This document shows positions 12,761 through 29,466 of a stretch of 64,000 nt of DNA, piece after piece. A program made the translations under genes and the position numbers. How positions within the stretch are numbered: the stretch's first letter is position 1; every line of letters starts with the position of its first letter. Under the pieces are notes generated by a model that ran no database searches, was not told where the DNA came from, and saw nothing but the letters and a program-made list of their open reading frames with translations. The stretch is from Thalia democratica (lineage: Eukaryota): positions 53,134,001-53,198,000 of the forward strand of contig OZ241828.1 in the NCBI GenBank assembly GCA_965202585.1, written 5' to 3'.

Positions 12761-13838
12761 ATGACTGACGGGTAATCAAATAAATATTTCAAGTATTATT
12801 TTATTAGTCCATTAGCAATATAAAAATGATAAATTTGGACAAAGCTTAAATTTTGAAATAAGTTAATTTATTGAAAAGTGTCATTTGATTAAGTTTTTCA
12901 GTTTTGAATTATGTTCATAATTTTTATTTAATTTTTTTTTACCTTTTCAAGTTTTGTAAATTTCTTTGTTAAAAGCTTCTATAAACAAAAATGTTTCAAA
13001 AAATTGATAGTATTCAAAAATATAATAAAAAGTTAAAAATTTAGTTTTAGCAATGTTTAATATCTTTAAATGATGCTGTTAGAATGTAGATAAGTGAAAT
13101 TTTTGTGCTTTTTTTATTATTACAATTAATAAAGTTCTTTTACAAACTATAAATAAAACTCAGACAAAAACCTCAAACGAAGAACAATAACTAAGTTTTT
13201 AAAAATTCATAAATATACTATAATGTTATCTTTAGAGAGAAAAGCTGAAGTATTTAATGAAATATTTTGACTAGAAGTTTTTAAAATTGGTACTCTATAA
13301 GTATTTGTTCCTAAATTGTAGTATGATCTTCATAATAACACTTCCAACAATGTTTAGATTGTTGATTTTTAACATCAGCAAATTTAGCTAAAGTGTTTAA
13401 GCTAATATTTTGATATTTTTAGCACATAAACTAACATAATTTTTATCCTAACTGTTTTTAATACTTTAAATTAAATACATTTACTTTAAACTCCGTTATA
13501 GTTAAGCCATAATTTTCAAAACTTTACTTTTCAGAAACACAAAATGGTATTACGCCGGAAGAAACACCGGATGGTGGGAATATGACGTCACAAGCATTAA
13601 AACAATAGAAAAAGCTTGGCGAGACAAAAAGTCGTCGGTGGTGCTGGCAATCTTGGGCAACACGTACATGGTCGATTTCGCCACCATGAAGCAGCAATCT
13701 CTCATGAACGGAGGTGGGGGGTTGAAGAGGAGGGTTTGCAGGGGAAGCAAGGGTTTGAGGCTGATCAAAGGCGTGGCTGGCAAGAAGAAAACTTCCTGTC
13801 ACTCCATGGTCACAAGATCGAAAGCGAAAAATGTTTGA
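12761..13838 (+). CDS. RNF146/Iduna-type WWE-domain protein, about 104 aa, no RING seen. Main exon 13535-13838; tentative first micro-exon 12761-12771 (MTDG)
   Basis: After the TTTTCAG acceptor (13534) the frame reads NTKWYYAGRNTGWWEYD...GNTYMVDFATMKQQ...LKRRVCR...LIKGVAG...*, matching RNF146 WYYEGRNGWWQYD...LYVADLENMVQY...RRRKIKR...KKGVAG. The exon needs a phase-2 upstream partner. ATGACTGACGG|gtaatc fits and has an in-frame TAA upstream, but this first exon is speculative. Confidence 0.75.
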
Positions 13839-16800
13839 ACTATTTTTTTAGTATTAAAATTTATTAATTTATGAAATTCAAACAAAAGTTTAATTTTAAA
13901 GTGAGGTAATTTACTTTAAATAAGTTTTAGAAACAGATCACAATACTAAGTTTCCAGTTTTAAATAGTTTTATCAATTCTGTGTATAAAGGATTTTTTTT
14001 TATATTTACATTTAAAACTAGCTACTTTTATTAATAAAAAGTTTAAAACAATACATAGTACTAAACTTATCGATAAATGAACAATACAATTTGTATTTAC
14101 TTATACAGATTAACTATTTGAATTTTTATTTGATACTTTACAGTCAAGTTTTTATCAATGTTTAATCCAAAATATACAAAAGTAATTTTTTTTATTATGA
14201 TGCTATGTAAGTTAATTTTATGATAAATAATTGTTCTAAGAGCTTAAAGAAAAAGTAGAACTTTGCATTTTAATATTTATTTAAACGTCCTAGGTTGATT
14301 ATAGACGTATGCAATAAAAAAAAATATTTGAAAAAAAAATTTACTCCAAAAAAAAGGCTGAATTATTTCATTTTAGTTTGTTTAAGAAATTTGTAATTTA
14401 TACTTTTATAAAATTTTAATTAAGTACTTTACGAATGGTGTAGAAAGATACTATCTTAATCAACTTTTATAAATACTAAGAAAATATTATGGACTACTTT
14501 TAATTTAGTGTTACTGTTTTTGATGTGTTTACAACATCCTAAATTTATAAAATTTTTACAACTACAATACCTATCAAACTAAAACTATTTTATTCCACAA
14601 ACTACTAGTTTAAGTCTAAAAGCTAATAAGTAGCGCAAAATTATGTAGCTAAACAAATCTAGAAGTCTTTTGTTTTGAATTTTCAACTTGTATTCTCGTC
14701 ATGCATATACTTAAAAAAAATAATTCACTAGTAATAGAAAATACTGTAGTTTACTCTAAAGTAAAGTTAATTGAATAACTAGTTTTTTTTTTGTATACAA
14801 ATTAAAGAATGTAGTTTTTGTAGTCTTTTTATCGAAAATACTTTATTTATTAAAATTTAAAAAAAAAACTTCTTAGTTCAGATAATTAATAATATTAAGA
14901 AACATAAGATTTAAAAAGATAAGAAAAAGCGTATGTAATAAACTTTTAAAATTGTATGTTTATTTTTATTGTTGAAAGCCCTTTATTTTTAAAACTGATG
15001 AGATTTTAATGACGTTTAACATTTGAGCCGCCTTATTTTGAACTTATCTTTGAAAAAAAAAATTAACTACAACTTAGAAATTAAATAGTAGTAAAGTAAT
15101 TGTAAACTATAATACCATAGTTTACTAACTTAACTTAAAGTCTTTTAGCTCCATATTAAAAGTTCATTTTATATTTTTGATTTGCTTAGTTATTTTTAAG
15201 TTAGTTATTAAGCTTTTACATTGAGACTATAATAAATGTTGATTTGTATTGTCATTTTGTTTTTTATCAGTATTTCAACTAATTTTTTAATTAAAAAATT
15301 TACTTTTTACGACTTTTAGATATATTTATTCTGAAATTTTTATTTTAAGCACTTACGAGCTCTTTGAGTGAAACTTAGCTAGCCGAATAAAATTATAAAA
15401 ATAAGAAAAAAATAAGTTGTTTTTATATAGATATATAGTTTACTGCTTAGTATTCATTATAAATTATTAAAAATCTTTCTAGTATTTTTGAATAAGTTAG
15501 TACATACATTTTTTATTATATGTATAATCTATAAGCAAAAATTAACAAACATTCAGTTTTAATGTGTTCTTTTGAAATAACTTTGGATAAAATATTCTAA
15601 AAATTCATTTTAATATGAATTTGAATATTTCTAAACATTTTTTTTATTTCAACGCCTTTAAAACTAAATTTATTTCTAAGTTTACTTATAGTTTCTTTAA
15701 ATTACTTACCAATGAATAAGTTATTTTGTACATTTAAAACATTTATTTATATTCCAGTAAAGATAGGTGTCTTTTATCACAAAAGCAAGAACCATACAAA
15801 GACTGAAAAATAAATGTTAAAGTTCAATAACTGTACGTATAAAACAAACTGTAGAAAATTCAATACTTTAAGAAAACATAAACTTTATGATACATCGAGA
15901 CTAAAATTACGTATCTATTTATTAAAAGGTAATCTAGAACAGTGTTAATTTTAAGATAGAATAACTAGATAGTATTTATAAAACAAATAAAACTAGTATT
16001 TGTAAAGGTATTGGGAAGATTTTTTACAGAGGATATAACTTTAAACTAATTTTAAATATTAATAAGTTTAAGAGCTTATTAAAAGTTAAATTGTTACTTA
16101 ACATATCAAAACGTCTATTTAATATTTAGCAAAAAAGTTTTATTATATTAATACAGAAACAACTTTTATAAACTTACTACCTATGTTCTTTCAATAACTA
16201 ACTGCGATCAATTAAGAAAAAATTTTCGTAATGGTAATACAAATAAAAAAAAGTTTACTTAATTCGGTCTATATAACTTTTATATTTTTAAAGTATCTGC
16301 TTTCACTACTTACTTCTTAATAGTTTATACATTTAAACACAGTTGTCAATTATGAATTCCTTTTTTTTAGTAAAACATAATTTCTCGGTCTGTTTGAATT
16401 TTATGTTTTTTATCTATTTTACACACAAAGTGTGTTATTTAACCTCAGGAGATGCCAAACTGCGGTACGCTATTTTTCAAAATAAAAGATGTAAACCGGA
16501 ATTTCCAAAATAGGCCATTTTATAAAATTAGGAAATCATAAGCTGCTAAGTTGGAGGACATAAATTGAAACTTACATTAGATATTCTGGAGTTGATGATG
16601 AAAAGCAAAAGTAAGATTCTTGGCATATGTTAGGGTAGTTTTTTTTTTTAGAAATCTCATTGGAGGGGCTCATTGCTTTTTTAGTTGACTAACTAATTCA
16701 ATTAGCTGATGATAAGTTCAACAACTTAGACCATCTTCACTAAACTAATAAGTAACTAAATCTCTTTGTAGGCCTTAAAATTACTACTAGTTTAAAAAAA

Positions 16801-18907
16801 ATAAAAAGTAAGCTTAAAACATATGCTTCACAAAACAACTATAGTACTTTGTGCAATGACCTTAATAAATACAAAGATATTTAGTTTTAGAAACAAAGTT
16901 AAGTGTTGTAACAGTTGAAAAAAGTTTACAAGAAAAAAACTTTAGTTGTACATATGAGTCTTGCATCGTCGTAATTTATTTCGGAGTATGCTTTATTAGA
17001 ATTCAAATATATTTCGTTTGAAAAACAACCTAAAAACACTATGTTTAACAATAATTAACTAAACAGCAACTACATCTAAATTATTTTCGTTAAATTAATT
17101 CTTATTTTAATGTTCCACTCACTACAGAAACTTTATGATTATTTTAAAGATTTATACATATCTTAGTTAGATCATAGTTTGTTGCTAAAGACTTACATTA
17201 ATAGGAGTACTTTACTTATATTAGTAGTAGTGTTCAACCAATAAAACTTAGTACTTGTTTAAATATAACTTTAGAAGTAAATAGAAAAATGTGTGACTAG
17301 TAAAAAAGACATATAGAGGTACTTGTGAATGATGCTTTTTGGAAGCAAATTTGAACAGAATCAATTGTCATGTAAAAAAAAAACTCACACACCTCTGTAC
17401 ATTTTACTATAATACCTATCACTGTCAGTTTTGTTTTTTTTTTTGTCGATGTTTTCCAGTCTAATTTGAAAAACCTAGTAATTCTTTTTCTTATTTAATT
17501 CTTAATAGTAACTGAAGTCATTTGCTTTTACAACTCGATAATCTTCCTAGTTTGTAAATCGTTTTTATTTTACTCCATCCAAGTTGATTTCTTTTGGACT
17601 GGTCACATCAAAAATAAAATAGTACTGTACCTTCACAATAAATTAAATTTAACAAGTTGCAATTATCTTAGCTGCTATAAATTAGTTTACTACATCATCA
17701 GCTCGATATGATGGCTACAGATACTTAGTAGCATCAAATTAATAAAAGCATCTGTTAGAAAAAAGTTTAGATATACTTATCTAACATTATCAAGTTATTT
17801 AACAACTTTTTAATATTTAAAATATTAATATAAAGTTATGCTACAAACAATAAAATTGTTTTTTTGGAATATTATTTTCAATTAGTTTATTGTAGAACTT
17901 TTTTATTATAGAGCACAATTATTGACACAACTAATATTATTTGTTAGACACGGAAAATGCTTAAAATAAGCCGAATAATCAAGGATGTCGGGAAATTATT
18001 TAATTAATTCCCATGAATTTTTAAACTTCGTCAGTTTTATATGTAAGTCTATTCTAAATTGACTTAAGCCCTTCTGCCGTCCAGGTAAATATTAAATTTC
18101 AGTTAAGATGATGTTAATCAATTTTCTCTAAATTTTCCACTATATTTTAACTGGAGGATCATGAAAAAAATTATGAAAATTAATAAAATGAACCTTATAT
18201 CTATGTTTAATTAAAAACTTTAATCTGTGTAACATTCTAATTCTATTTAGCTTCTTTATGCGGAGAATTAAAAAAGCAATGGCTTCCCCCAACGAGATTT
18301 CTAAAAAACTTTTAAATAAATAAAGAATTTTTGTTCTTAATCAACAACTCCAGAATATCTAATGTAAGTTTTAAATTGGGCCCACCACCTTTGCAGCTTA
18401 TGTCCTACTAATTTTCTATAATGGCCCGCTTTAGGAAACACTAGTTTACACCGTTTATTTGAAAATCAAAGATTACATAACTGACTTGTGCTAAAAATAC
18501 ACTAGATATGAATTACTTTTTAAATATCAACCTCTATCAATAATTATTATCTAGCTTGGCACAAGTTAATTAGCATAAACATATGAAACAGTTAATTCGT
18601 TAGTCAGAAATATCGAAAAACGCAACTTTCAAGTAAAAAATTGTATTGTAAGTTTATGAGAACGATAAAAATGTCGAAAACACAATCGAACACAACCATA
18701 AAAATTAACTAGACAAAGAAATTCTAATGTTCATATCCCAACTTTACAGAATGAAACTTTTGAATAATGAAAAAGGTTAGTGGAAGATTATTTTGATGTT
18801 AGTTGCATATTGATGCTAACTAAATTTAAAGACCAGTTAAAAAGAATGTTTTGTATCATATTTCAGCATATCTATTAAATATATATTAGTAGAAACGCTC
18901 TACGAAA

Positions 18908-21789
<2,882 letters not shown>

Positions 21790-24287
21790 TTATTTTGTAT
21801 ATTTCAGCTGTAATGCAACTGGAATAACACTCTTCTTATTTTTGAATAGTTTTGGAAAGTATAGTAAAAATTAAGTCTAAAACCTACTTACACTTATGAG
21901 ATAATAATAACATAGTTTTAGTTTTATACAACACAAAATTTAAACTCTTGAGGCAAAAGGTTAGCCTGAGTGACTGAAGATTAACTTAGGTTAAACCAAT
22001 ATAGCTTGCGCTTGTAGGATAAGGCCACAGGGTAGAATGAATCACTTTTTGTGGATTTTTTTAAAACTGTTTTTTAATGTTTATAAAAATTTCAAGTAAC
22101 TTTTGAGATATAAGCGATCAAAGTTGAGTTCTCAATTGGCTTAACTTATAAGCAATAGACTAAATCACTAAAATCTATTTACTCCATTAAATTTTTGATT
22201 AAATTTAAACAAATTGTAAAAAAACATCTTTTTTCACATATTAAAGTAACCAAAAAATTATTGTTATTGAATTTTAGTCATAAATTTTTCAAAAATTAAC
22301 TTCCTACAAGTTGTTCATAAACTTTAAAAGGACATTTCATAAAAACTTATTAACTACTTTAAAAATGAAGAACTTATATTTATAGTGAATTTTTCATAAC
22401 TTTAACATGACCACTAATATATTTTATTCCATACAGTTGAAGATTTCCTTTCACAAAACTGTTTATATCTCATAATTTTATTGAAAAACTGTTGGTCTAT
22501 AAGAACCATCTTAAAGTTTCTACTTAAGTTCCAAATAAGTTAATTTTTGAAAAAAAAAATGCTGTAGTCCCAAGACCATAATTTAAAAAATAATAATACA
22601 AACTTAAAGCCTGAAAAACTTATTGTTAACCTAGCTTAAACATCTCTAAAATTTATCAAATAAGAAAATGATTTATTAAAAGCATAAATTAAAAAGTTAA
22701 AGTTATGAAAACTAGCTTTAGACTTTAAAGATGTTGCTTTGTAATTTTTTTCAAATACTTCAAACAAGCATGACTTATCTGCAGTGTGTAGTGTGATGTT
22801 ATATTAAACCTAATTTTGCCACACAAATTATTACTAAGAGAGTTTTGCATTAACATGAATGCACAGTTGGTACTTTAAAACAAAAAATTTGTACATATCT
22901 ACAAGTGTTATGTACCAAACATAACTATTAGCCAGCTTGTATAGTATATACTATTATTGTTTTACTTACTTCTATTACAAATGTACAATAACCTTTTGCA
23001 AATCTATGCACATTGCGTCCACAGCAAACGTATAAAATTAACAAGATTACATAAATAAAAAGTTGTAGCAAATTTTCCTACTATATATTATTCCATTTTT
23101 AGAAAATTCCTATTGCAAGAATTTCAAAATAAAATAAGTATTTTGTTAGCAGTTTCTTTTTAAATAGTTAGCTCTTGAAAATTTTTGATAATTAATAATG
23201 TTTTAATGCATTTTTTGAGAAATCTAAAGGTCATTTTGAGAGAGGTCACTGTATAATGAAAAAAATGTTAAATAAATTTAATTTATTTATCTCCTGCTGG
23301 AATGATGACCAATTTCTTAGTAGGGTGTCCTGATAAAACATTTTCTATTAAAGTCTTATTTTCACTTAATTAACCATGAAATCTGTTTATTTTTTAAGTT
23401 GAATAAAATTTAAAGTAGCCTAAGAGATAGTAACAATCAAAATTAGGAAACATGGGGTCTAAGTTTTTTTAATTATATTAGCATCTACTGAAAGTAGGAT
23501 ATATTTAAAAGAATGATAATTAGTTGGTATACCTTTGAGAGATAGCCAGTTGTGTAAAAATTAATGATAAAAACTTTATGGAGGAAATTTTACATTGCCA
23601 GTTCTCAAGTTTTAAAATAATCTACTAAAATATATCTTCCCTTTCATTTTTTAACCTATTAAACTTTAATTTTTAGAAATGTTTCTTGCACTACTAGAAA
23701 GAATTAAACAGTAAAAGATGAAAAAAATATGAGTTCTACGACAAAAACAAAAGATTAGCAATTTGTTTTTATCTAAATAAAATTATCCATCTTTCAACTA
23801 AAATAATTCTAACAACAAAATTGTTGTTTTTAAATTAAGATTAAACTGAGAAAGTTTCAGAAGGATTGCTCTAGAACTGTAGAAAATAGCTTTTTTATTA
23901 GTGATTTTCCACTATTTTACTTTGGTGATTCCATAAGGAACCTATAGTCCTCAGAATTTTTTTTACCCAGATATAAACTAATTTAGAAATTTACAAAACA
24001 GTAAAAAGTAAGTATATCTTCAAAATAATACCAACTAAAAAGGTGCTCTAACCCTCCCCCCATGGCCTTAACAGCTTTTCTTTCAAGACAAAAAAAACAT
24101 TAGACTATTTCACTTAAATTCTATCTCTTTAGGTAGATGCCTTTACTTCAATGGAAATGTTTCTTGTACTTATAATAATTTTTTGCAGGAATCTGTAATT
24201 TAAAAATAAAAACAGTTTTTTTCACCTATTTTTAAGTTTTTTAAAGCTTGTTGCTATAAATTTTTTAATATCAGATAATGTTTAATA

Positions 24288-24464
24288 CAGTGCTTCTGAA
24301 CCTTTTTCTAGTGGCGGAACCCTTTTCCAAAGTTTAACTTTTCTGCGGAACCCCTAATTTTAATTTTACATAAAATGTAAATAATTTTTACATAAATTTT
24401 TAAATTTAGAAAGGCTTTGCGGAACCCCTGAGAGGCGTCGCGGAACCCCATTTCAGAAGCACTG
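24288..24464. mobile_element. hAT-type MITE, 177 bp
   Basis: Perfect 13-bp TIRs CAGTGCTTCTGAA...TTCAGAAGCACTG; perfect 8-bp TSD GTTTAATA (24280-24287 and 24465-24472); internal GCGGAACCC repeats. Confidence 0.92.
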
Positions 24465-26574
24465 GTTTAATATATATTTGAATGTATATTTAAATTATTA
24501 TACAAGGGATAAAGATATTATAAGCAGATAAATAAAATGTAGTTTTATCTTAAAGGAAACTTATCATATATCCATTTGAACAATTTAAAAACAAAGAGAT
24601 GTAGTTACCGCTCCAATTATAGTTATGGCAGATAGCTTGCTAGTCAAATTATCAGTAGTTTTAGGTTGTATTACATACTTGATTATAGTTCACTGTGGGT
24701 TCATAGAAATTTATTAAGACAAGCTTACATACTTATGTCAGTTTTGTCTTCCTTAAATAATTTAGTTGCACAACTGACAAAATAACTGACTGAATTAGTA
24801 GAAGAATATTAGATTGAACAACTAGAACTAACTAAAATACTCACTTAAAAATTGAGACACGTTAACTCAGTTGACTTACTTCCATAATACACCATTAAAG
24901 GCAACCAAGATTGAAAATATTACTTATTGTAAACTAAAATACAATTTGTAAATTTAAAGAATAACTTTATATATTTATATGAATTAATCCTTTATAACTT
25001 TATTTATAAATTTAAATATTAGTTTATATGAATTTATATCATGTTAAGCTATTATAAGTAAATTAGAGCGATAGAAATTGCGAAACTTATCGGACAGGAA
25101 AAAATCCAACTCCACAGGGTGACCCAACTAAGGCAAGAGAGTTTTTTGGTGTGCATTAGTTAGAAAGTTATTTACTTATTTGGTTATGTTGAGGTTTTAA
25201 CAAAAGTGTAACCATATTTGGAAATAGTAGCTGTTGGTGCTTCTAAAATGAAATTTAAAATCAGAAAATAATGTTAAGAGCAGAGTATCAAAACAATTCA
25301 AAAGCTAGTATTTTGAAGCTGCTAAAGTTATAGATAATTATATACTAAATACCAACATAAAGTTAAACAAAACTATAAACATTGTTTTTTATTTATTTAT
25401 TTTTTTTAAGAGTATGTCAACAAAAATAATTAAAAAAAGGAACTAATAACCACCGACTAACTTAATTATATCTTATATAACGCCATGTTGTTAAAAAATT
25501 CTTTTTTATTTTTAGTTAAGTTATTATCTTTTTGTCGATTTCCGAAACTTTTAGTTTAAAGTTTTTTAGTTTTAAATTAATTTACTTTACCAAAACACTA
25601 ACTTTAATTTAAACTGCAGTTAAATTTCTACTGTTAATTAAAAAATTGTAATTTAATAACTTAAGTTAAAAAACTGCTTAAATTGTATTAAAAAATGGTT
25701 TTAGAATTCCTGTAAATACTTAGGTTTGTAATAAAATTTAAAGACTAGAATTACCAGCTATAATGTATACCACATCAGTATTTGTTATTATAGTGTAAAA
25801 TTTTAAACAAAAGTTTTTTACAAAAGTTTAATAAAAACAAATATAAATCAAAAATACATATTTGGTTATTACCGTTTTTATTTTTTCGTATAAATTTAGG
25901 AAGTTATGTTAAAGACTTAACTATAATTTATAAATAAAGTATTACATCTAGTTGTGATTAAAATTCTTATACGAAATTAGAAAAAAAAAAAAAGTTTGGT
26001 AATTTTTATCTCAAATTTTTTTTAGTGCTATAAAAAAATAGTAAAATTTAAATTTAAAAAATTTTCAATTCTTAAATTTATTACACTACATGAAATCAAT
26101 ATAAAATACTTTAAGCAGTAAAATAAACAATTACAAGCGTTTTATATTCAAATTAAACAAAAGTTACATATCTATAGTAGTAAAATTATAAATAGCAACT
26201 TTTATGTTATTTGTTTTCAATCTATAAAATACTTAAACTCAAAAACAAAATAAAGACTTCTTTTTTTTAATTTTAAAAAACTAAAAATAATTTCTTTTCA
26301 TTTACAATTTTTTATAGTGTTTTGACGTTTTCAGGAATAAAAGACAAATAAAAGGCTATAGTTTTTGCTTAAAAGGTTTAGTCATACTATTTCATTCATC
26401 AGATCAAAAGCTCTCGAAGACTAAAACCCATGTATTGTTTTTGTTGAAACTTGTCAGTTATTTGCAATTAAAAAAGCTTACAGTCGTCAGTCTCACGGTC
26501 ACGGCACACGTAAGTCGAGACTTTGGTCTGACAGACTTACGCAATTGCTTTCTTTTATTACAAAGTATTTTTAA

Positions 26575-27720
26575 AATAAGGCACTTTTACAAATAAAAAA
26601 CCTCTAAATGGTTCTTCAGTCCATTCATTATAACAAGTTATTTAAAATTTTTCTTGGTAGAATATTAGAACTTTTTTCCGAATCGAAATTACTCTACTAA
26701 AATTAGAGTACTTGATTTTCGGTTTAAAACTGATAAAGTTTTTAAAAATTCTGTCAAATACCTCTCAGTCTCTTCCATGCGTATTAATACCAAACTATTT
26801 TTTTCTTGCAACAACTAAATTATGGTAGTTATGACAACAAACCATATTTGGCTTTGATGACCATTTGTTAGCATTAAAATCATATGATTCTACAGTATTT
26901 AATTTGCTGCGATATCTATTAATCCATCCACCTGAAACTACAATATTTCCTTCTAATACGGTACAGCCAGAATTTTTTTTTTGTCATTCTTGCAACTTCT
27001 TTTCATTTTTAATTTGTTGTAACAAATTGAAGCAATAATTAAGATTATTCCAAGCATTATAGACACCATTTTGAATAACTCCAAAAATATAAATAAGTTG
27101 TCCATGATAGCACAAGCAGAATAGCATCTACGATCATCAATAATGTCAGCAACTTTAATCCAGGTTTTGTTATTAGGTGAATATTTTACAACAGACGTTA
27201 TCAAGTCAGAATTAGCATCGACACCCCCAAAAAAGTAAACTTTTCTTTTTGTGCAAACTAAATATGAACAGTAATACTAACTAGTCAAGGTCGGATTAAC
27301 TTTCATGTTATTTAATTTTTTATTTGTTTAACATTCTTTACTACTTTAAAACAAGTTTCCTTAAAACCACAACAAATTATTGTATCAAACTTTTCTTGGT
27401 AGCAATACCTAGATGTATAGTATCTGTTTGGCTTAATTTGAAGAAAATTGTCCTTGCTTGCTATTATTTCTTTTACTACATAAACAAAATTACTTTTTTC
27501 TGTGAATGATAAAATATTATTTATAACACATCAATGCACAATCAGAAATTAAAGGAAAACGGAGCTGTTAGTACCAAATATTTTGCATATTTACTACGTT
27601 CTTCATTTTTGTGTTCAACCAATTACTTGCTGCTTCAAATACTTCAATTTTAGAGTGAATAATTTAGTTCTGAGGGATTTAATGTTCATATAATGATAAT
27701 TTTAGTAAAACGTTCATTGG
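26575..27720 (-). pseudogene. Decayed intronless BACK-kelch (kelch-like) gene, copy A
   Basis: Frameshifted fragments SELN.HS.IEVFEAASNWL (BACK), GGVDANSDLITSVVKYSPNNKTWIKVAD..DDRRCYSACAIMDNLF, EGNIVVSGG...NTVESYD..NKWS, EWTEEPF. Boundaries approximate. Confidence 0.8.
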
Positions 27721-28189
27721 TAATGTCTTACTTAAAAACAGTTGAGATAAAAAAAGCGCTAATCATTTAAAATAGTCATAATTAAGTGTATTGAAATAAG
27801 TTAATATTTTTTTCTACAGTGACTATTAGAAAATTGAAGGTTTTTAAAATTTACAATCGGGAATATTTGTATATATTATCATAATATAAGAAATTTAGAG
27901 AAAAAACAACAACTTCTGAGAACACAGCAAACTAAGAATATTGAAGAAAAATATTAAAAAATATATACTATAGTTAGCTAAAACTGCTGTTGAAGTAAAA
28001 ATTCCAAAAAAAGAACATTTTTTCAAAGGGGCACACTATAAAATTCAAACCTTAATCCAATGGGTTTTTATTTTAGTTAAAGGCATAGGAGCGTTCTCGA
28101 GATTTAAAAAAAATCTTAGTTAGCTTCTTTAAAGATAAGGAATAAATTGGATCTAAAGTTTGGACATTTTTTTGAAAATTGCAAAAACT

Positions 28190-29466
28190 GCTAATCGAGC
28201 TTAGTTAACGCTCGTTAAAAAATCTGTCAAAAATTTAACGTGTTTTTACAACTTCGCTAAACTCTACAACTTATCAAGTCTCGCGGAAACAACTCAAAAC
28301 TACTTACAACATTGCTATACAACAGTATTTTAGACTCAAAGTTTCTTAAAACTAGGTTTTAAACTAGTTGCAAATGTACTTTCAAAACTCAGAACTAAAC
28401 ACTCACTCTGAAATTGAAGTATTTAATGCAGCAAGTAGTTGATTGAAACACAAAAAAGAAGAACGTAGTAAAAAAATGATTGTCTTTATGTACTAAAAGA
28501 AACAAAAGCAAGAAAAGACAATTTTCTTCAAAGTAAGCCAAACAGATACTGTACATCTAAGTATTGTAAGCAAGAAAAGTTAGATATAATATTTTTTTTG
28601 AGGTTTTGAAGAAACTTGTTTTAAAGTAGCAAATAATGTTAAACAAATCCAAAAAAGAAATTAAACTATAATAAAACCTCAATTAATATAAACATTTTTC
28701 TTACAACAACTAGTAACCAGTATCGTTCACTTTTAGCTTGTACAAAAATAAAATTTACTTAGTTGGGGGTGTTGATGCTAGTTTTGACTTGATAACGTCT
28801 GTTGTAAAATATTCACCTGGATTAAAATTGCCGGACAACCAAAACCTGGATTAAAGTTGCTGATATGATTGATGATTGCAGATGTTATTCTGCTTGTGCA
28901 TTCATGGACAACTTATTTATTTTTGAAGGTACGCTAAAGGGTGTCTTTTATACAGTGGTAACTCTTAAGTCTTCTTACAGTTTGATACTACAAATAGAAT
29001 ATTGAAAGAAGTTGCAAGAATGAAAGAAAAAAGAAAACGTTCTGGCTGTGCTGTATTTGAAGGAAATATCGTGCTTTTTGGTGAAAGGTATGATATTGAT
29101 TTTAATAGCTTGAACACTGTAAAATCATATAACGTCATTGCTAACAAATGGTCGTTAATGCCAAATATGGTTAATCGTCATTACTACAAGAGTTTAGAGT
29201 TGTTGCAAGAAATAAGTTGTTTGCTATTAATACGGATAAAGGAGACTGTGAGGTATTTGACATAACTTGTAAAAAATTGTCTTTTTATACTGAAATTAAA
29301 TACAACAAATTAAGTAATATCGTTTTGATTGGAAATAAGGTTCTAATATTCTACAGAGAAACATCTTCAATAGTTTTTTATGATGTTGATAAAAGTGATT
29401 GGTCTGAAGAACCTTTTGAAGTAAAAAAGTTTTAGAGGTTTTTTATGTTAAAAGTACCTTGTTAAT
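28190..29466 (+). pseudogene. Decayed intronless BACK-kelch gene, copy B (inverted relative to copy A)
   Basis: Fragments VKNLTCFYNFAKLYNLSSLAE...SELNTHSEIEVFNAASS*LKH, VGGVDASFDLITSVVKYSP, KTWIKVADMIDDCRCYSACAFMDNLF, KRSGCAVFEGNIV, DWSEEPF, with multiple stops and frameshifts. Nucleotide-alignable to copy A. Confidence 0.82.

Noticed and set aside
13524-13867. Overlapping ORFs MARQKVV..., MTGSFLL..., MPATPL...
   Set aside because: Alternate frames or antisense of the WWE exon; only the WWE frame has homology.
25115-25153. QGDPTKAREFFG, resembling the GDP-mannose 4,6-dehydratase motif GDPTKAREKLGW
   Set aside because: Isolated 8-residue match, no pyrimidine tract, no other exons found; plausible by chance.
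25212-25221. CArG box CCATATTTGG 3.4 kb upstream of the actin ATG
   Set aside because: The same 10-mer occurs inside both kelch pseudogenes; not informative in AT-rich DNA without conservation data.
26478-26535. GC-richer segment with possible nested stems (GTCAG/CTGAC, AGTCTC/GAGACT)
   Set aside because: No tRNA cloverleaf, A/B boxes or known RNA motif.
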